This document shows, piece by piece, positions 57,204 through 64,000 of a DNA stretch of 64,000 nucleotides. The position numbers were made by a program, and so were the translations under genes. Where the stretch lies: contig OX597814.1 of assembly GCA_951406725.2 (NCBI GenBank), positions 211,048,001 through 211,112,000 on the forward strand. Direction: 5' to 3'. The notes below the pieces were generated by a model that was not told the DNA's origin, did no database searches, and saw only the letters and a program-made list of their open reading frames with translations. The stretch is from Octopus vulgaris (lineage: Eukaryota). The first letter of the stretch is position 1; the number at the start of each line of letters is the position of its first letter.

Positions 57204-57955
57204 AAGAGGGAGGAACAGAAAAATAGTGATTGTGTGAGTGGGTGACGCAGTTTACCTAAACATTGAATGGGTAACACTCTATCATAATTATATATATCAT
57301 CATCACCATCATTGCTTCACGTCTGCTTTCTAACTGGCATGGGTTGGACAGTTTGACTGAGGACAGGCAAACCAGGAAAGTTTATTCAGGATTATTATAT
57401 ATATTATATCCAGTGATTTTAAGAGGTAGGAAAAAGATATTTTGTTAATATTTTAATTTACTCCATTTCACTCATGAATGCAGAATCTCTAACGTGTTTT
57501 TTTTAAAGATTTTTATAATGGGTGCATCTTCAATTATTCATTTCAAACTTTTTTTGAATTTTCAATCGAATGTAATCCACACAATCTCGAAAACGTATTT
57601 CTGCAAAATGTTAACTAAAATTATGGGTAAAGAAAGAAATAGCAAAAAAATATTTGAAAATGTGGGTTGGGGTGAAATTTCCAAGTGTTACAATCACACC
57701 CACCCCAACCCGTTTTTCGGACCCAAAAAAGGGTTTGGTAGGATATTAGGATATTACCGGAATTAAGTCAACGAAAAAAATATATATATATATATTCCAA
57801 TGGTTCCTAGATATGGGGGCGGTTTCCCACCCCACTCTTTTCCGAGGTGTTTGCAGCATATTAGGAGGTCAAGGTACTTGATTTCAAGCAAAAAATCCGA
57901 GTTTTCTTTTCTTAGTGAAAATCGTGCTGGTGAAGGAATCAAATAATACCGGAAA
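56563..57955. mobile_element. Non-autonomous element with long (~270 bp) terminal inverted repeats and a subterminal duplication
   Basis: TTCACCCGCACGATTTTCACT...AATCAAGTACC (56586) mirrored by GGTACTTGATT...AGTGAAAATCGTGCTGGTGAA (57872-57934); direct repeat of the left end at 56870-56990. Confidence 0.7.
57296..57375 (-). mobile_element. Probable LINE (RTE-like) 3' tail with (ATG)n
   Basis: (CAT)n followed by ACGTCTGCTTTC...GCATGGGTTGGACAGTTTGAC; assignment from recalled similarity only. Confidence 0.4.
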
Positions 57956-59678
57956 TTTAAAATTTATATTTATGGTGGGTCGTTCAGATTGCTTAGGTAA
58001 AATTACATTCATGTAGGTAGGAGTACAGTATATCTTCTTTTTAATTTACATAGATTATGTGAGACAAGAATATCCTACACGTTCTAATGCATAAATGTCA
58101 TTAATAACGCACAGCTGTTACTTCAAATTACATTTATATCTCTTAGGATTTGGATAATAATGGACGAATTGTAGATGTTCTTGAAATGACCTTCATCCTC
58201 GCCCACATTCCTGCATATTTGAAGCTCCATTGAGAGGTTTAAACATTATATCTAACTCACACGCAATTGTTTCTGTATTACATAGGACCTTTGTTTGGCA
58301 TGAGTCTGTCTTTTAGCAACCTATTTCTATCTAGGTTCAGGCCTACCTACTATCATTTCCTTTATCATACATGCAATACTAAAGAGTTGTAGAATGTTAA
58401 AGATTTTCCTCCAGCTACGCACTTCGGTGAAAATGATCATCACCTGATGTAAAAAAGATTCTTCTGAAATTTATATGTTAAGGGATAATGGGCGTAAAAA
58501 ACATTAAGTTACTGTAGTGAGTGTTTTTGAGACGGTGTTTTTGAGACGGCGTTATTAAAAATCCTACCACTGAACGACGGCAAGCGGCTCTATGTCGTAC
58601 GGTCATGCAGCCTCCGGGATCTGCTCAATCGAAGATATATTATATTAATATATGTCAGATTCATTTTATTTCTGGAAAGGTTTATAGGCACAATTAGCTA
58701 AGTTTAATTTTCCCTCATCGAAATATATGCAACTACACATGCAATTTAAACTTCTTTATCATTAACCATACCCACTCAGTGGCCACCCACATCTACCCGA
58801 GAACTTCAACCTATAAGCAAATACATTGCATACAAGTGAGACACATTTTGTTCTCAGTCCAAGAAACATCAAACCAGTGAATCTGATATATTTTCTTGGC
58901 TTCTGTCGTGGGTGATCTCTTCCATGAATTCTGTTCCTCTCTTTTCTTATAAAAGTCCTTGCAGGGGTCCGTTCCTTAACCTCCAATATAAACCAAATTA
59001 CAATTTGCGTATTATGAAATATCGTATTTCATTAATTATTTTAACATACCCATTCTGTTATCTAATAGATGCGTTTCATTTTTCACAGCATACTAGATGT
59101 TTAGAAATATATGCACATTTAAGTATGTATTTGTTACAAAAGCGACAATCCGATTATTTTCGCATGGTATTTGCAGTATTTAAACAGCAAACCACTAACA
59201 ATTACAATGTATTTACTATTTTACTAGATAACATTTACTATGAAAGAATAAAACTTTCCAACGATATTTCGAGGCTGGCAAATAATCAACGCCTTTACCT
59301 GTAAGTCGTGAAAAAACAGTAAACATATCTTGTCCAAACAAATTTAAATTGCTAAACAAAAATAACAAAAAGAATATACTTCTAATAAATTTCTATAATT
59401 GAATAAACAGATTAATTATTAATATATCAACTACAGTTTATAAACACGCAACAGAATAAATTCGAATTTAAATAGATATACACACACACACACACACACC
59501 TCACACAGGTGTGCGTACGGATATTTATGTTAGTCAATATCTATCTCTTTTCTACCTTTTCTCTCTTTACTTTTCAGATACCTATATCTATGTCTACCAA
59601 ACACTCTCTCTTTCTCTCTCTCTCTCTTATTTATATATTGATATATTTATATATATACATACATTTATATATATACAG

Positions 59679-59721
<43 letters not shown>

Positions 59722-59780
59722 GATATATAGATATAGATATCAATGGAGAGAGAGAACGAGGGAGAGGAGGAGAGAGATTC

Positions 59781-59811
<31 letters not shown>

Positions 59812-60157
59812 TGTATACTCGCGTGCGCGTGTTTCATGAGATTGAAGCTTATAGACGAAAAGTTAATGTCTTATTTCCTAAGGTTTCGTTTATAAGTATC
59901 AATTAGATTCATGTAGAGATATTAATTACATCACATGTTCAACAAGCAGGTTTCACATCGATATAATGTCAATAATTTGGACAGCTATTTTTTTCTAAAG
60001 TCTTTGTTCACAGAATGTTTACGTAAATTCGTCTTGAAATTTTGTATGTTTTACCTATGCTTTATTGAACTAAACCACCACATGCGGTTACTGAAAACTA
60101 CAAATATACGTAGATGTGTATCTAAGTTGAAAAGTTATACACACACACACACACACA

Positions 60158-60224
<67 letters not shown>

Positions 60225-61998
60225 GCATATATATACGTACACATGCATACATATGTATGTATAAATATACGTAACTACATACATACATGTATACATACAC
60301 ACACACAATGAAGTCTGTGTACGGAATGACACGAGATAACAAAAAAATATCAACCTCATATAATTATATGTTTTAGTTATAAATTCGGCCTGAAGAAGGT
60401 GATTTAGATAATAAATGCACATATCCGGTGAGAAAATAAAACACGTGATAAGTGAATCATTCCGTTTATTAACGTAGAAGCAAAAAACTGTGTTATGAAA
60501 GTAGAGGAAATGTATTTACCGCCACTCAGTTCCAAAGATCTGAGAAAGTAAATTAATGACAATCATAATAAACATTGTTACTTAACACGAGGTGTTAAAA
60601 CTTTGATTAATACCTGATGTTTATTCCTGCATACCTAAAGTGGTGTAATATTGGGTGTGCATTCTAACATTGAGTGGTCATACATTATTCACCTGAGGCA
60701 GTGCACGTTTCAATTTGAATGGTTAAGGATTACACGATATGTAACGAATGTACTACGGGTGTAAAAAGGTATTGAAACAATTATAGTGAGATTTAATAAA
60801 GAAAGGTTTTCATTCAATTTTCTCTCATTTATATGTATATATGTGTATACGCGCGCACCTGTGTGTATGTATGCTTCTGTGTATATATGTACATGTTTAT
60901 GCATGTATCTATGTATGTTTGCTTGTATGTGTGTATCTATGCATGTTTGCTGTGTGTATTATCTGTGTTTGTTTGTATGTATGTATGTACGCTTATACCT
61001 ACCTGTATATATTTGCAATTGATGTAGCGCCATCTATTTTCTTGTCCTGTACCGTGATATAACACCTGCCTGTAATCACTCTTTAATTTTCACCGATACA
61101 ATGAATGGTAACAAAGGGCAGAAATTGTGACTAGCTACGGAATGAATCAAGCTTGGAAGAATTAAACCGGCTATGTTTTGAAAAATTCTTAATTCCTTTC
61201 CGGTGTCCTTTCAACACGAGCATAAATGCTGCAAAGTGAAAGAACAATACTCAAATACTTATATTATTGAGATGATGTGACTGAGAAAACCTTGAACCAC
61301 GTTGACAGCATCCGAGCACAATTGTTCCGAAAGTAAACATAATTATCTAATAACATAATATGAAACGTCTAACAAAGGAAACATAGTCGTCTCTTCGATA
61401 CATGCTTCAAGAAAATGTTATCCTTATTTACACCCATAAGCGCATCCTCTCACACACACGTCCTCACGCGCACACACACAAATACACAAACACACACACA
61501 CAAATACACAGATACGCACGCATATATTTGCATATTTGTACGTACTTATGTATATGTGTGTTTGTTTGCAGCTATAAAATAATTCTATCCACATTAGATA
61601 AAGTCCACTATTAATATAACTATAAAACAGCTCTTAGCACGATGTAATACTTTCTTTCTAACAATAAGAGATCTTCTCTTCATTGAGATATTATTTCGTT
61701 TTATTCATGTCTCTGTAAAGCTGTAAACGTATGATAATAAGTATTAATGTTGTAAATTGCAGTTGTTAATGTTTCTCAAAGAATGCCTCTTCACAATTCT
61801 TCAGAAAGCGGATTTATATGTAACTAATGTCGTTAGAAACCCTCAAGTGATACATTATAGTAACTTCCAAGAGAAAGTACAATGCGTTTGTTCGTGTCTT
61901 TATCGCTCACATTCAAATTAAGACATACATACATACAAAATATATATATATATATGTGTGTAGGTGTGTGTGTGCGTGTTGTTGTGTATGTATAAATA

Positions 61999-62031
<33 letters not shown>

Positions 62032-64000
62032 GCATAGATCTATATATTTGCATTTGAATGGATGCGTGTACATGTATTTGTGTGCACAGGTAAATAGAGA
62101 GAGAGAGAGAAAGTGAGAGAGAGAGAGAGCGCGGAGAGAATGCGAGAAAGAGAAAGAACATGAATTTATAACATTATAGGTTTCTGTTGGCAAATATTAA
62201 TTATAGCCTGAAAGGCAATATGATAATCGAACTCTTTTATGGCCAGCAGTTTAGGAATGTTCTTGCAATTTCTGTTTGGTAAGTGGTTGATTACATTATA
62301 GAAATATTTGCGCGACATTAGTAGACCGTATACCTGGAAAACTTTAAGGTAAATAACACCTTTTATTATAGACATTATATTCTTCCCTTCGTGTTTTATT
62401 TACATTATTCCCTGGGGTAATCCTGAATTTAATTACCGTAACCTGAAATGTGTATCTTTATAATATACGACAAACCCAAACGGCATACAATTACTATAAG
62501 ACAAATACAAAATTAAATGTAGAGAAATTGATTAAGCCCAATAATTTAACGATATATTGAAGAGGTGTATCAAAGAAGCTCTTCTAAAAAAATCAATTAC
62601 TTTTGATACATGCAACGCTTTTACAAGAAATTGCTATCAGGGTCTAAAATAATGTTGGCAATTTTCATTCCTCTATTGCAAACCAAAACTTTTTTTAAAA
62701 ATGTGATCGCAATTTTTTTATCTACGTTAGAAAATCTAGATAACGCCAGTCATTTGGTATAATACCACAGGCAAGATATTTTTTGAATATTGCGTTTTTA
62801 AATAACTATGAAATAAGATGTATGAAATTACTTTGATATAATTCATATTTTATAACAAATATTTTTTGGCTCCGCTTCTTTCAATTCTAAACTACAATAA
62901 TTATTTCATTATATATCGATAAACTTGTTACACTGAATATGATTGAAGTGGGAACGTGATTCTGTTATCTAGCTACCTATATCTCAAATTGCCAATGTTT
63001 CTTTATTACTCACGTTAATTAAACGCTTCTGTATGATTGCTCAACTAGCTAGAAAAAAAAAAAAACACGTAAAAATCTTTCATAAATATCACATCGTATT
63101 TTACAAAGAAATACATATAGGATAACGTGGAGAGCTCTAAAAATGTAGGAAGAGCATCATCGAAAAATGTTGTATCATACCTATGGCCAAATAGGCCGAA
63201 GTTGGCTAAACAAGACAAAGAAAAGATAAATAAATATACAATTTCACCATGTTTATACAATCAATGACAAACACGCATGTAAAGAATAATCGTGAAAATA
63301 AGGCAAATTATTTTTATGGGGTGTATTAATGGGGTATTTCTTTTACTTTATGGAATTTTCTGCAATATCGGTTTTGCTTTGGTTTGTTGTCCGTATGCTC
63401 GATTGTTGATTTCACTAGGTTTAGAACACAAGCACAGATGGATATCCGTAATGCTTAGTTACTACATTTGTGAGTCAACACAAGCATAAAATTTATGAGA
63501 AGTGAGATCCATTCCAGAGGATGATATACACGTACGTATGCACACTTGCATACACACGCACATACATGAATTTATGTATGCGAACATACCACTGCATCTT
63601 CTCCCCTCTCTCTCTCTCACTCTCACTCCCTATCTATTTATCTCTCTCTATATCTATATACATTCACAAACCTACACAAGCAGAAACTCCGAAATATCAA
63701 TATGAAGTCTCTGCATTGGTGTATATCCAAAATTAATGTAAAGTCTGCGTATTTCTTAATCCCTTATATTCGTGTTAATAAAACTATATTCAAATTCTCA
63801 GCATCCTGAAATAATGCAGATTTAAATACAGTTAAATACGTATGTCAAATATGTGTACTGCTTTTTAAAGCACAATGCTACTCTACAGCACGATTTGTTG
63901 TTTGCTGACTGATGGATTCTCACCTAGACCAGTATTGAAATATTATCGTTGTTGTGCGTGGAGATAAATTCTTATCAAAAGATATTTATCATATAAATAA

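Noticed and set aside
57357-57390. CTGAGGA-cagg caaa ccag-GAAA hammerhead-like motif
   Set aside because: No stem III or stem I; lies at the truncation point of a LINE-like tail

Overview
This is very AT-rich, microsatellite-dense, non-genic animal DNA. The SINE families and repeat style suggest an Octopus/coleoid cephalopod genome (inference). I find no host protein-coding exon, and nearly all ORF-track entries are microsatellite translations or antisense shadows. Content: (1) A nearly intact ~5 kb R4/Dong-type non-LTR retrotransposon (RT + CCHC + restriction-like endonuclease, minus strand, ~16103-21087) inserted in a (TAA)n tract, plus fragments of other Dong-like families. (2) Many tRNA-derived SINEs of three families. 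(3) Decayed Tc1, mariner, pogo/Tigger-MITE and hAT elements. (4) Penelope-like element (PLE) remnants of the Neptune and Poseidon types. (5) Most interesting, a set of small self-cleaving-RNA elements. At least five fold-back (palindromic) elements are inserted in (TA)n tracts, two of them carrying type I hammerhead ribozymes (HHR) in both arms. A PLE family has an HHR-like motif with a conserved non-canonical CUGUNGA core. A ~267 bp highly structured HHR-bearing retrozyme-like insertion with a target-site duplication precisely interrupts a Poseidon RT frame.
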